A stretch of 42,125 bases of DNA from a virus (lineage: Duplodnaviria; Heunggongvirae; Uroviricota; Caudoviricetes): the IMG/VR virus record IMGVR_UViG_2651869821_000001, one strand, 5' to 3'. A model generated the notes under the pieces. That model was not told where the DNA came from and ran no database searches. It saw only the letters and a program-made list of their open reading frames with translations. Positions 7,399 through 15,995 of this stretch are shown one piece after another (the stretch's first letter is position 1; each line of letters starts with the position of its first letter). Both the position numbers and the translations under genes were made by a program.

Positions 7399-8049
7399 TT
7401 ATGCTTTGAACGCGTCGGCAAGATAGTTATAGAAATCATTCTTGATAAAGCGGTATTGTTGTGTACCAGCTTTCGCTATTCCAACACCTTTAATTTTTTC
7501 TACCAGTCCAAGACGTTCACAAAGATTAATTAACTGGTTTGCCTGAGTGTATCCAGCGTCTAACTTAACTTCGTATTCTTTTTTTGCTTCATTCATTAGA
7601 TCGTATACTGCGCCGTTAGTGAACGTTTCCATTTCATCATTAATCATTTCAACTAATGCGAATACACGAGACCCTGACATATCAGCGACGGAATAAACAC
7701 ATTTACCAGCTTTGATAGATGTAACCAGATATACCAATTTTTCAAGCGAGTAACTGTTAGTCATAGCTTCGCGGAAAAATACTTCTGGCGCTTGTTTGCT
7801 TGCTTTAATCGCGTAGTAGAAAACACCCGATAACTTATCATCATTGACAGCGTTTACTACATTGTTAGTAAAGTATGCTAACTTAGTAGACGTCGCCATC
7901 ATATTAGCTTTATCCGCTTTGGTGTGCGTGCCATTTTTATAATGTTCGTTATAAGTCTGGACCGCGAGATCTGCTTTGGCTTTTAATTCTTCTGTAATAA
8001 CAAAAGTAGCTTCGATAATGGATTTTTTAGAGATGGGGAAGTTAGACAT
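7399..8049 (-). CDS. Hypothetical protein with a possible C-terminal winged helix (216 aa)
   Basis: AAGGA RBS; the C-terminal YTQANQLINLCERLGLVEK...QYRF resembles a wHTH recognition helix plus wing. Confidence 0.8.
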   Translation of the reverse strand: MSNFPISKKSIIEATFVITEELKAKADLAVQTYNEHYKNGTHTKADKANMMATSTKLAYFTNNVVNAVNDDKLSGVFYYAIKASKQAPEVFFREAMTNSYSLEKLVYLVTSIKAGKCVYSVADMSGSRVFALVEMINDEMETFTNGAVYDLMNEAKKEYEVKLDAGYTQANQLINLCERLGLVEKIKGVGIAKAGTQQYRFIKNDFYNYLADAFKA

Positions 8050-8320
8050 GATATGTATCCTTTTGAGAAAATTAAAAATTAATTTTTTGTATCGTTAGCA
8101 TGTCTGCTTTCGATGTGAGTAATTATCGAATAACGGTTTTTTTTTGCAAGTCTTTTTTGTCAGGTAGTCGAAAAAAAATAATTATTTCAAAATCAATGTC
8201 TTAGAAATAAACTCAGTTTTTAAGAAGGTGTTCCCTAAATAAATACCCAATTTGGCATATCGCCCTTATATATTTGTGTTGAGGATGCTAATTGTGAAAA
8301 TAGCTACTAGGTAGCGATGA

Positions 8321-8348
8321 AAAATAATAACCGGACGTGTCCGGTTAT
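8321..8348 (-). terminator. Intrinsic terminator of the accessory operon
   Basis: ATAACCGGAC-GT-GTCCGGTTAT inverted repeat with an A-rich left flank, just after the stop at 8361. Confidence 0.7.
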
Positions 8349-8360
8349 CACCCTTATAGA

Positions 8361-8669
8361 TTATTGAGAAGGTTCGACAAATTTGCGATTAGTCTCAAAA
8401 AGCGCGTCGATAAAATCTGCCGAAGACTCGCTATCGTCACATTCAAGTAATTTACGATTTTCAGACGAAAGACTTTTACATAGTTCGATATTCTCGCCAA
8501 TTGTTTTTCCTGCTTTAACACCTGCTGAGAACTGGTACATGCAAATCGACACATTATCCGACGATGAACAAACATCGTTCATAAGTGACTGGATAACCGG
8601 CTTATAGTCCATCGCCGAAACGGCATATGGAGTAATAAAAAGCATGGAGGATAGAAAAATAACTTTCAT
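8361..8669 (-). CDS. Secreted/periplasmic protein with four Cys (102 aa)
   Basis: N-terminal signal peptide MKVIFLSSMLFITPYAVSA and four cysteines in the mature part. Confidence 0.75.
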   Translation of the reverse strand: MKVIFLSSMLFITPYAVSAMDYKPVIQSLMNDVCSSSDNVSICMYQFSAGVKAGKTIGENIELCKSLSSENRKLLECDDSESSADFIDALFETNRKFVEPSQ

Positions 8670-8672
8670 AGT

Positions 8673-9197
8673 TTATATCGGTAAAATACGTTCGACCCAA
8701 TCAAATAAAATAATCATTCGTCGATGCTTGCCAATTCTAATTGTCACTTGGCAAGCATCGACGCCAAGTGTAGTCCCATCAATTTCACGACCGTCAGCCA
8801 TGTAGACTCTTATAGATTTTTGCTCATGATGAGCTTGACGACAAATTTTGAAGAAGTCGCGGCGAGATGGTAGGTGGCTCTCCTCTTCGTTACTTATCGT
8901 TAATCTACCGGTGAACGTCTTATCCACTTCGTTAGTGGTAACTGTCTCTATAGTGCTTACTCTTTCTAGCGGGAGACGGACGCGATGCTCTTTACTTCCA
9001 ACAACTGGAGAAAGATCTAGCTTGTTGCGTGCAGTAAGCAGACCGTTTACATAAAGACAGAACGTCTGACTGTCATCTGTCGTGACCCTTACAGGAATTT
9101 CCTTTGCACGCATAAATTGCAAACTGAACTCTATACTGGAGTAATCACGAGGCCAGACTTCTGCAGGTATACCGTATGTGATATCTGTGGTGGACAT
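8673..9197 (-). CDS. Protein with two Sm-like (Rof/Hfq-like) domains (~174 aa)
   Basis: Likely start is MSTTDITY at 9197, which avoids overlap with the lipoprotein gene. Two helix+beta units resemble the Sm fold (see findings). Confidence 0.7.
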   Translation of the reverse strand: MSTTDITYGIPAEVWPRDYSSIEFSLQFMRAKEIPVRVTTDDSQTFCLYVNGLLTARNKLDLSPVVGSKEHRVRLPLERVSTIETVTTNEVDKTFTGRLTISNEEESHLPSRRDFFKICRQAHHEQKSIRVYMADGREIDGTTLGVDACQVTIRIGKHRRMIILFDWVERILPI

Positions 9198-9201
9198 AAA
9201 T

Positions 9202-9624
9202 TTATAAAGTTGTAGGTAATAGATCCATTGTACCATCCCATGATGTATATACTCGATATTTTTTCGTGTCTCCATTATTCAACTTTACCTCTCGCTCCAT
9301 CCTTGATGGGTTTAAGGCGCAAAGACCAGAACTTTCCAAAGATGAACCTACAACCCACTCACCTTCACTGAGATAGAAAGTTGCCTTTTCACCTGTTTTA
9401 AGCTTGGCAACAATGTCGCCATTTATGAATATAGTAGCGTTACATCCAGAACCAGTTAAACCTTTATCTCGTACAATAGTTAATGTTGTTTCTGTCGGGA
9501 TCTGGTATTTAAGCACTCTATTCTGTGGTGCTAATTTTGCCTCAGTTGCTGGAACTGAAGACGTGGAACATGCTGTGAGCATGGTTACGGAAATAAAACC
9601 TATAACAAAAAATTTATAGCCCAT
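9202..9624 (-). CDS. Lipoprotein (DUF2846-like)
   Basis: Signal peptide with lipobox LTAC; the IVRDKG..G...IFING..VAKL..GE pattern is typical of small beta-sandwich lipoproteins. Confidence 0.85.
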   Translation of the reverse strand: MGYKFFVIGFISVTMLTACSTSSVPATEAKLAPQNRVLKYQIPTETTLTIVRDKGLTGSGCNATIFINGDIVAKLKTGEKATFYLSEGEWVVGSSLESSGLCALNPSRMEREVKLNNGDTKKYRVYTSWDGTMDLLPTTL

Positions 9625-9645
9625 GATTTTAGTACCTTATCATAT

Positions 9646-10218
9646 TTATGAACAATGGTTAGGTTTGATAGCATGACATCTATCGTATATGTCTTCTAGC
9701 AAATCGTTTCTTCTGATGTCACGACAAATATCATTAAAATGTAACCGCTTAGATACTATACTTTTGTTATACAGCTCTAAAAAATTCTTTAACGAATCTC
9801 TGGATTCAAATAAAAACGAAAATCCATACATGGAAGTTGCATTGATGATTATATTCTTGGCACTTGGATAACCAACAAGATTAGAATGCAACTCAAGTTT
9901 TCCAAATCTGACCCCATTACACTCATGCATGAGATTTGCAAGAGTTAATATATTATATGGGTAGAAAATTATGCCGCAGTTTGTCCTGTCACCTATAATA
10001 TCTTTTATATATACATAATGCTCATAATCATCTTTTTGGGATGCCTGTAACCTGTAACTAATTAGCTTATGATCGCCTTTCTCACGTGGGATGATGTTGG
10101 TCAGTTTACTTAAACAAGATTTTTTTGATTTGTAATATATATAAATTGTATCTTTGATATCCTTTGCACTTAAATAATCAGAATTAAGTGGAAGATGTCC
10201 CATTGTAACCTCTAGCAC
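9646..10218 (-). CDS. Hypothetical protein, very AT-rich (190 aa)
   Basis: Long ORF in very AT-rich DNA, where chance ORFs are rare. The start may be the internal ATG (MGHLPL). Confidence 0.7.
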   Translation of the reverse strand: MLEVTMGHLPLNSDYLSAKDIKDTIYIYYKSKKSCLSKLTNIIPREKGDHKLISYRLQASQKDDYEHYVYIKDIIGDRTNCGIIFYPYNILTLANLMHECNGVRFGKLELHSNLVGYPSAKNIIINATSMYGFSFLFESRDSLKNFLELYNKSIVSKRLHFNDICRDIRRNDLLEDIYDRCHAIKPNHCS

Positions 10219-10473
10219 GTACTTTGAGTTTAGGTAACATTTAATTCGTATAAGCCTACCCAGACAATGTAGCCAATCAAGATCTTTTTTCAGCCGGAGG
10301 TATTTGTAAATAAAAATTTGATATAGATCACATGCAAGTGATCGATGATGGCTGCATGTTGGTCGTTATTTGTTCAGTGGTTTATATTGATAAGTTCTCC
10401 ATCATGTGCTCGTTTTACACTTATGACGAGCACATGATGGAGTTTGAAAGTAGAGCGGTGCAAAGATGATAAG

Positions 10474-10752
10474 TTATGTCAAACGTTTAAGGATGTCCTC
10501 CAGATCTTCTTTGGTCATAGGTGAATTTTCATAAATCTTCATGACCTTTTCACGAGCTTTTGTCGTAGCCTCTAGTGATGTTGCTGCTTTGTCAAAATCA
10601 GATATTGTCATTTTTGATAACACCAAATTTATAATTTCAGCTTTAGATAGCTTGATGTTCCGTTCACGCAATCGACTTTGAAAGGCTTCCAGTTTGTCGT
10701 TTGCCTTCTCTGTCAATGGAACCTGACAATACGTAGCTCGTTTTTCGCTCAT
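10474..10752 (-). CDS. Ribbon-helix-helix-like protein (92 aa)
   Basis: Begins 2 bp after the helicase stop; YCQVPLTEKANDKL...LSKAEIINLVL pattern. Confidence 0.7.
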   Translation of the reverse strand: MSEKRATYCQVPLTEKANDKLEAFQSRLRERNIKLSKAEIINLVLSKMTISDFDKAATSLEATTKAREKVMKIYENSPMTKEDLEDILKRLT

Positions 10753-10754
10753 GG

Positions 10755-12314
10755 TTACTCTCTTTTCAAAACAGTAAAATCGAAGGTGCTGTCTACTGGC
10801 AATACGCCTTCAGCAAAACCAGGTGTTGTATCTATGATGTTCTTCCGCTCATATGAATGCGACATCAGATGTTTATTTGACACGTCAATGAAATCGGTAA
10901 TGAAACATACATTAGCCTGATTTTTTTTAGATCGCAGACCGCGGCCAACTCGCTGGCGCATTTCAACCTCTGCTTTTCCGCCACCAGCCAAAATCACCGC
11001 CCCAACACTTGGCACATCGACACCAACATCCAATATAGTTGAACCAATCAGGACATCGATTTTACCCGAAGCCAGACTGTTAAGTTTTGCTTGTCTTGTT
11101 GCCTGATTTGACTCTCCGTATATGAAGTCGACATTTAGACCGCTTTCTTTCATCATTTCCATCAGAATTTGTCCGTGACGTTTTAAGCGAACCAGCGTCA
11201 TGCAATTCAGACCATGACTTTTATACATCAAGGCTTCACGGACGATGGTGTCGTTACGTGCCAGATTATAAACAATACCTAACTGATATGCTTTTTGGTA
11301 TGCGGTACTCATACCAACTCTGAAATTTAGATGTTTTGATGCTAGTTCAGAACGGATTCGCGCCTCATCAGGAGTGTACGCGATTTTATGATAAAGAAAG
11401 TACGGTTTAGCTAAAATGCCTCTATCAATCAGATACTTCTCTGTGACCTTTATCTCAATACGACCAGCTACTGCCATTAAACGCATGTTAGCTTCAGTTG
11501 AGTCTTTCATGAACGGTGTTGCCGTTAATGCAAGTCGATAATCGGCATTAATGCATAGTCGTGAGATATCGTAGAAATTTGAGCCTGATGACTCGTGAGC
11601 CTCTTCCAGAATGAGCAATGAAACGCTGGAAAGAAAGTTTTTCACTAGTTCTCGGCGCTTGAGATGGTAAGTTTTTTTACTAGACGAAGCATCACGTGGA
11701 GGCTCTTCAAGAAAGCTGGCCAGGGTTTGTACTGTTGCGACGTTGATATGGCGTGATACCTGAAACTCCCCAGACCCTATGATTCCAACTTTTTGTCCTT
11801 TAAGCCACGGCTCGCCATTCTCCGCGCGGTAGTCGATGGATTTCTGGAAGTTCTCTGCCATCTGGAACATCAGAACCGATCGCGTGGTTAAAAACAGCGT
11901 CATACGACCAATGCGAGCAGCTGCCTTACACGCTACGTTCGATTTACCGCCACCCGTCGCAATCTGGGCGATCATCATCCCTTCACGCACCAGTGTTTCC
12001 ACTGTCTGATCCTGATACGCATAGTCCGGGTTATACGGGAATGGGTTAACTACCGGGTTCGGCTTGCCCAGCGAAGGGGCTTTTTCCTTGCGGACATGCA
12101 CGCATTTGATGCCGGCTTTTAGAAGGTTGGCCACAACTGGCTTCGCAAACCCAGCCGGGAAAGCGTTTTTACTCCAGTTGAACATCGTGCTGGTTCCTTT
12201 CCAGTCACCAGTCTCCACCTCATAGCTTAACATCTCCTGAACGAGCCGCTTCACGTTGTCATCAGCGCCAGAAATCAGCGCATTGACTGCATTAGATACA
12301 ATCCGAACTGTCAT
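10755..12314 (-). CDS. SF2 DEAD/DEAH-box helicase (UvsW/ResIII-like)
   Basis: Motif I ATGGGKS, motif II LEEAH, motif III TAT, motif V STILDVGVDV, motif VI QRVGRGLR. Confidence 0.92.
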   Translation of the reverse strand: MTVRIVSNAVNALISGADDNVKRLVQEMLSYEVETGDWKGTSTMFNWSKNAFPAGFAKPVVANLLKAGIKCVHVRKEKAPSLGKPNPVVNPFPYNPDYAYQDQTVETLVREGMMIAQIATGGGKSNVACKAAARIGRMTLFLTTRSVLMFQMAENFQKSIDYRAENGEPWLKGQKVGIIGSGEFQVSRHINVATVQTLASFLEEPPRDASSSKKTYHLKRRELVKNFLSSVSLLILEEAHESSGSNFYDISRLCINADYRLALTATPFMKDSTEANMRLMAVAGRIEIKVTEKYLIDRGILAKPYFLYHKIAYTPDEARIRSELASKHLNFRVGMSTAYQKAYQLGIVYNLARNDTIVREALMYKSHGLNCMTLVRLKRHGQILMEMMKESGLNVDFIYGESNQATRQAKLNSLASGKIDVLIGSTILDVGVDVPSVGAVILAGGGKAEVEMRQRVGRGLRSKKNQANVCFITDFIDVSNKHLMSHSYERKNIIDTTPGFAEGVLPVDSTFDFTVLKRE

Positions 12315-12360
12315 AAATCTCTTTCCTTCGTGCCTTTTGTATGGTAATTGGCTATTATAG

Positions 12361-12380
12361 TAAGTAAGTACTTATACAAT
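12361..12380 (+). promoter_or_regulatory. TAAGTAAGTACTTA palindrome plus TACAAT -10
   Basis: Lies in the 64-bp gap between the divergent helicase and ParB-like genes. Confidence 0.65.
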
Positions 12381-13077
12381 GGATTGTATCAGAATTATGG
12401 ATGTGAATATTACGATTCTGCAGGTGGAAGTCGCTAACCTGCGTCCGAATCCCTGGAATACCAACTCCGTTGGGGCGCAAAACTTCGAAAAGCTGAAAGG
12501 CTCTATCGAAAAATTGGGCTTTTTTAAGCCAATTCTGGCGCGGGAGCTGGACGGCGACGTTTTTGAGATCCTCGGTGGTGAACACCGCTGGCGTGCCGCG
12601 ATGGAGCAGGGGATTTCAACGGTTCCAGTCATCTCTGTGGGCAAAATTAACGACCTGGTAGCCAAACAGATGTCCTTGGTCGATAACGAGCGCTACGGCG
12701 AAGACGATCAGGTCGCTTTGCAGCGCTTAATCGAAGAAATCCAGTCTGAAATCGACTACCGGTTGTCCGATATCGCTCCGTATGACGACGAAATGGCTGC
12801 AACACTCGCAAAAGCGTCCGTTATCGATCTTGAAGCGCTGGAAGCGCTCTCCCGTGGCGATGACGAGCCGATCGATGAGGACAAACGCGAGAAAACCGAG
12901 CGAGTCGGCGCTGAACACCAGACGATGCGCTTCAAAGTGACGTTTGATGCGTCAGATCGCGTCGCCGACACCATCAAAACCATCATCAAAGAGCAGGGAA
13001 TCAATACCGGTAACGAAATGGAGAACGCCGGTGAAGCCCTGGTGTGGCTGGTCGACTACTACAAGGAGCGTATGTAA
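12379..13077 (+). CDS. ParB/Srx N-terminal domain protein 1
   Basis: LRPNPWN, PILAR, and GGEHRWRAA (GxxRxxA motif). No HTH seen. Alternative start at 12397. Confidence 0.9.
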   Translation: MDCIRIMDVNITILQVEVANLRPNPWNTNSVGAQNFEKLKGSIEKLGFFKPILARELDGDVFEILGGEHRWRAAMEQGISTVPVISVGKINDLVAKQMSLVDNERYGEDDQVALQRLIEEIQSEIDYRLSDIAPYDDEMAATLAKASVIDLEALEALSRGDDEPIDEDKREKTERVGAEHQTMRFKVTFDASDRVADTIKTIIKEQGINTGNEMENAGEALVWLVDYYKERM

Positions 13078-13745
13078 TGACCAAAAACTTTGAAATCGTC
13101 TATCGAAACCCGGCAGAACTCATCCCGTATGAGATGAACGCCAAAAAACATGACGAACAGCAGATCCGCGACTTGGCTGCCGCAATCAAAAAGCGCGGTT
13201 TTGACCAGCCGATCACGATCGACAAGAACGACGTCATCATTACTGGCCACGGTCGTCGCGAGGCGGCACTTCTGGCTGGACTGGAGCGTGTGCCGGTCAT
13301 CATTCGCGACGATCTGAGCGAAGAAGAAGTGAAGGCGAAGCGTCTGGAAGACAACCGCCTGTCCAGTATCGACTATGACGCTATCAAATTACAGCAGGAG
13401 CTGGAATCTCTGGTGCTGGGCGACGTCGAGGTCTTCGGTTTTGAAGAACGTGAGCTGAATGTATTGGTAGGCAGCATGACTGAAGAGATGGAAACCGGCT
13501 CTTTGGTACTAGATCTTGGCGAAGAGACTGAGCGTCAGAAAGAAGAGCACACCGAGATTAGTCGCGAAGTGGCTTCTGAAGAAGTCCGCGTCATCGACGT
13601 ATTGGGTTTTAAAACGCTCCCTGCTGGCTCTGCCATTGTGGTTGGTGATTTGCTTGCCCACATGGAAGAAATTACAGGAGAAAGCGGGGTAGACGCTTTC
13701 GTGGCGTATGCGGAGAAAGTTTCTTCTGGGGAGCTGGCTGCATGA
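13077..13745 (+). CDS. ParB/Srx N-terminal domain protein 2
   Basis: TAATG overlap with the upstream gene; LIPYEMNAKKH, GFDQPI, TGHGRREAA, and DNRL motifs; acidic C-terminal half. Confidence 0.9.
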   Translation: MTKNFEIVYRNPAELIPYEMNAKKHDEQQIRDLAAAIKKRGFDQPITIDKNDVIITGHGRREAALLAGLERVPVIIRDDLSEEEVKAKRLEDNRLSSIDYDAIKLQQELESLVLGDVEVFGFEERELNVLVGSMTEEMETGSLVLDLGEETERQKEEHTEISREVASEEVRVIDVLGFKTLPAGSAIVVGDLLAHMEEITGESGVDAFVAYAEKVSSGELAA

Positions 13746-14380
13746 GCAAATACACCATCAACGTATCGTTTCAGACCCGCGTGAACAAAACCACGCGCAC
13801 ACTGGAGATTGCCGAATCGTTCGGTCTTGGTCTGGACGAAAAAGAGTGGACGCTTTACGACAATCTGACGCTGGAAGTGAAGCAGGGCGATGTAGTGTAC
13901 ATCACCGGCCAATCCGGTTCAGGCAAATCCGTTGTGCTGCGCGATCTGCAACGCCAGATGAAAGATGAAGGGCTTTCTGTGGCCTCCATCGATGATTTTA
14001 CCTTCGACAATGAGGTTAACGTCATTGACCAGCTGGGGAAAACCACCAGCGAAGCGCTAGGGCTGCTATCTATGGCCGGATTGAATGATGCCTATCTCTT
14101 TGTGCGCAAGCCATCCGAAATGTCTGACGGCCAGAAATACCGTCTGAAGATCGCCAAGCTGATTGAGTCCGGCGCAAAAGTCTGGGCAGCCGACGAATTT
14201 GGAGCTGTTCTCGACCGTGTAACCGCTCAGGTAGTGGCTTCAAATCTCCAGCGCGCCGCACGTAAGGTTGGTGCGACGGTAATGGTGGCGACGACCCACG
14301 AAGACCTGAAGAACGCGCTGCGCCCGGATATGCAGATCACCAAACACTACAAAGAACGAGTGAAGGTTGAATATGCCTGA
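13742..14380 (+). CDS. Stand-alone ABC-type ATPase
   Basis: Walker A GQSGSGKS, signature MSDGQ, Walker B WAADEF, H-loop ATTH; ATGA overlap. Confidence 0.92.
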   Translation: MSKYTINVSFQTRVNKTTRTLEIAESFGLGLDEKEWTLYDNLTLEVKQGDVVYITGQSGSGKSVVLRDLQRQMKDEGLSVASIDDFTFDNEVNVIDQLGKTTSEALGLLSMAGLNDAYLFVRKPSEMSDGQKYRLKIAKLIESGAKVWAADEFGAVLDRVTAQVVASNLQRAARKVGATVMVATTHEDLKNALRPDMQITKHYKERVKVEYA

Positions 14381-14627
14381 TTTGAAAATTGTAGAACTGA
14401 AGCACTCAAGAGAGACTGATGACAACAATGCCGAGGTTATACGTCTTCTTGAAGAAGCTCTCAAATATGCCAAAGAAGGTAAAAGCCAAAGCATGGCGAT
14501 TTTGCTTATCAATAGTGACGGTAGCGTTCTGGATTGCTGGCATTCAGGTGGGCGCCCATACGTCATGGTTGGAGCGATGGAGTCACTTCGTCTTGACTTC
14601 ATCAACGCTAATATTGAGCGCAGGTGA
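14373..14627 (+). CDS. Hypothetical protein (84 aa)
   Basis: Overlaps both the ABC and GNAT genes. Confidence 0.7.
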   Translation: MPDLKIVELKHSRETDDNNAEVIRLLEEALKYAKEGKSQSMAILLINSDGSVLDCWHSGGRPYVMVGAMESLRLDFINANIERR

Positions 14628-15523
14628 GCGACATGGCAGACGTCATCATCAAACGCTACCGTCCGGAAGAGTTCCCGCGTCATCTGGACTTTCTGGAGCG
14701 TATGACCGTTACAAAAGGCACGGTTGAAGACTGGCACGCGCTGAAGTCGCTGCATTACAAGACGGATGGTAAGCCGTTCGCGCCAACGTATTACCGCTGC
14801 GAACTGGACGGCCGGCTGGTGGGTGTCGTGGTTATGGCTTACCCGAAACTGCTTCTGGCGCCTCGCCATCGCATGTTTCCTAAGCTGAAGCCAACCTCTA
14901 ATACCACTGTGGCCAACCAGTATTGGGGTCGGTACGTGAACAACAACTTTGCAGTGATCAGCCGTTCCGTTGTGGACACTCAGTACCGCGGTGTCGGCGT
15001 CTCCTATCGAATGATTAACTTGGTTAGCAGGATGCATGACCGGCCAATCATCGAGATCCAGTCGTCAATGAGCAAATACAACCCGTTCGCCATGAAAGCA
15101 GGGTTCCAGTTTATCCGTCCTGAGCGTCCGAAGAGCTATGAAAGTGCTCTACGTGTATTCCAGCGCCATTTCCGTTCAGACCCTGGCGATAACGAAGCGA
15201 TTGTCAAAGAACTATTAGCTATGAGTGAACCTCGTCGTCGTCGTGCGCTACGCGATCTGGTTGCGGACTATCACAAGAACAGTTCTCTTGCCAAAGCTGG
15301 ACGTAATCGCGGCACCACAGTTCAGGACATTGCCGACAGTCTGGTGGATGAGGCCAGTATCGTGAAACTACTCAAGGATATTCATAATCTGAGCTTCACA
15401 TCTCCGCTATATGGCGTGTATCGCAACCCTGATTTTGGTCGAAAATTACCAGACACACTACCACTGCTGGCATTTGATAAACAGCCTTTTGATAAACCTC
15501 TAGAAATTGCTTTACCGGCATAA
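14624..15523 (+). CDS. GNAT-fold acyltransferase (Mom-like candidate)
   Basis: The acyl-CoA binding motif A is VISRSVVDTQYRGVGVS; N-terminal WHALKSLHY. Alternative ATG at 14633. Confidence 0.8.
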   Translation: MSDMADVIIKRYRPEEFPRHLDFLERMTVTKGTVEDWHALKSLHYKTDGKPFAPTYYRCELDGRLVGVVVMAYPKLLLAPRHRMFPKLKPTSNTTVANQYWGRYVNNNFAVISRSVVDTQYRGVGVSYRMINLVSRMHDRPIIEIQSSMSKYNPFAMKAGFQFIRPERPKSYESALRVFQRHFRSDPGDNEAIVKELLAMSEPRRRRALRDLVADYHKNSSLAKAGRNRGTTVQDIADSLVDEASIVKLLKDIHNLSFTSPLYGVYRNPDFGRKLPDTLPLLAFDKQPFDKPLEIALPA

Positions 15524-15532
15524 GGATTTGCC

Positions 15533-15799
15533 ATGACTTTAACCGACAAACAAAAAGACATCATCAAAACCATCAATTTAGGTCATGAACGTGGCCACTT
15601 GCTCGATCTGGATGAATTGCTGGAAGTGCTTCCGTACAAAACAACTAAACAAAGTATGCAGTTTTCGATTCGCGCACTGGTGAAAAAAGGGCTGGTTGAG
15701 AAAGGAATATGTCGCCAGCGCGATGACTCTGGTTACTACCGTCGCACTCTGGGGCTGACAACATTAGGTCGGGCAAGAGCTAAGTTACTGGTGATGTAA
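15533..15799 (+). CDS. Winged-helix transcription regulator (LexA-N-like)
   Basis: LTDKQKDIIKTI...MQFSIRALVKKGLVEK parallels the LexA DNA-binding domain. No peptidase domain. Confidence 0.75.
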   Translation: MTLTDKQKDIIKTINLGHERGHLLDLDELLEVLPYKTTKQSMQFSIRALVKKGLVEKGICRQRDDSGYYRRTLGLTTLGRARAKLLVM

Positions 15800-15821
15800 G
15801 TTCAACTGGGAGTCAGTTTAT

Positions 15822-15881
15822 AGCCTGCTTCCGTATATTAAATAATAAATCACTTATTAAATATATATACGGAAGCAGGCT
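15822..15881. repeat. 17-bp perfect inverted repeat with a 26-nt AT-rich spacer
   Basis: AGCCTGCTTCCGTATAT at 15822-15838 and ATATACGGAAGCAGGCT at 15865-15881. Confidence 0.9.
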
Positions 15882-15942
15882 TTGAAAAATACTCAATTCT
15901 GATTTAATCATCCCAGAAAACAAATTAGTTAGAAATATCTAT

Positions 15943-15955
15943 AAACAAATTGTTT
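15943..15955. promoter_or_regulatory. AAACA-N3-TGTTT operator upstream of terS
   Basis: AAACAAATTGTTT exact copy; a half-site AAACAAAT occurs at 15918. Confidence 0.6.
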
Positions 15956-15995
15956 AGGAGCACAAGGATGTGCTCTGTGTGTTTTAGAGGGATCT

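Noticed and set aside
12379-13745. Plasmid partition (parABS) locus
   Set aside because: The proteins have only the ParB N-domain, with no visible HTH, no adjacent parA, and no canonical parS sequence.
13742-14380. ABC transporter
   Set aside because: The ATPase motifs are clear, but no transmembrane or substrate-binding partner is encoded nearby. It is treated as a soluble ATPase.
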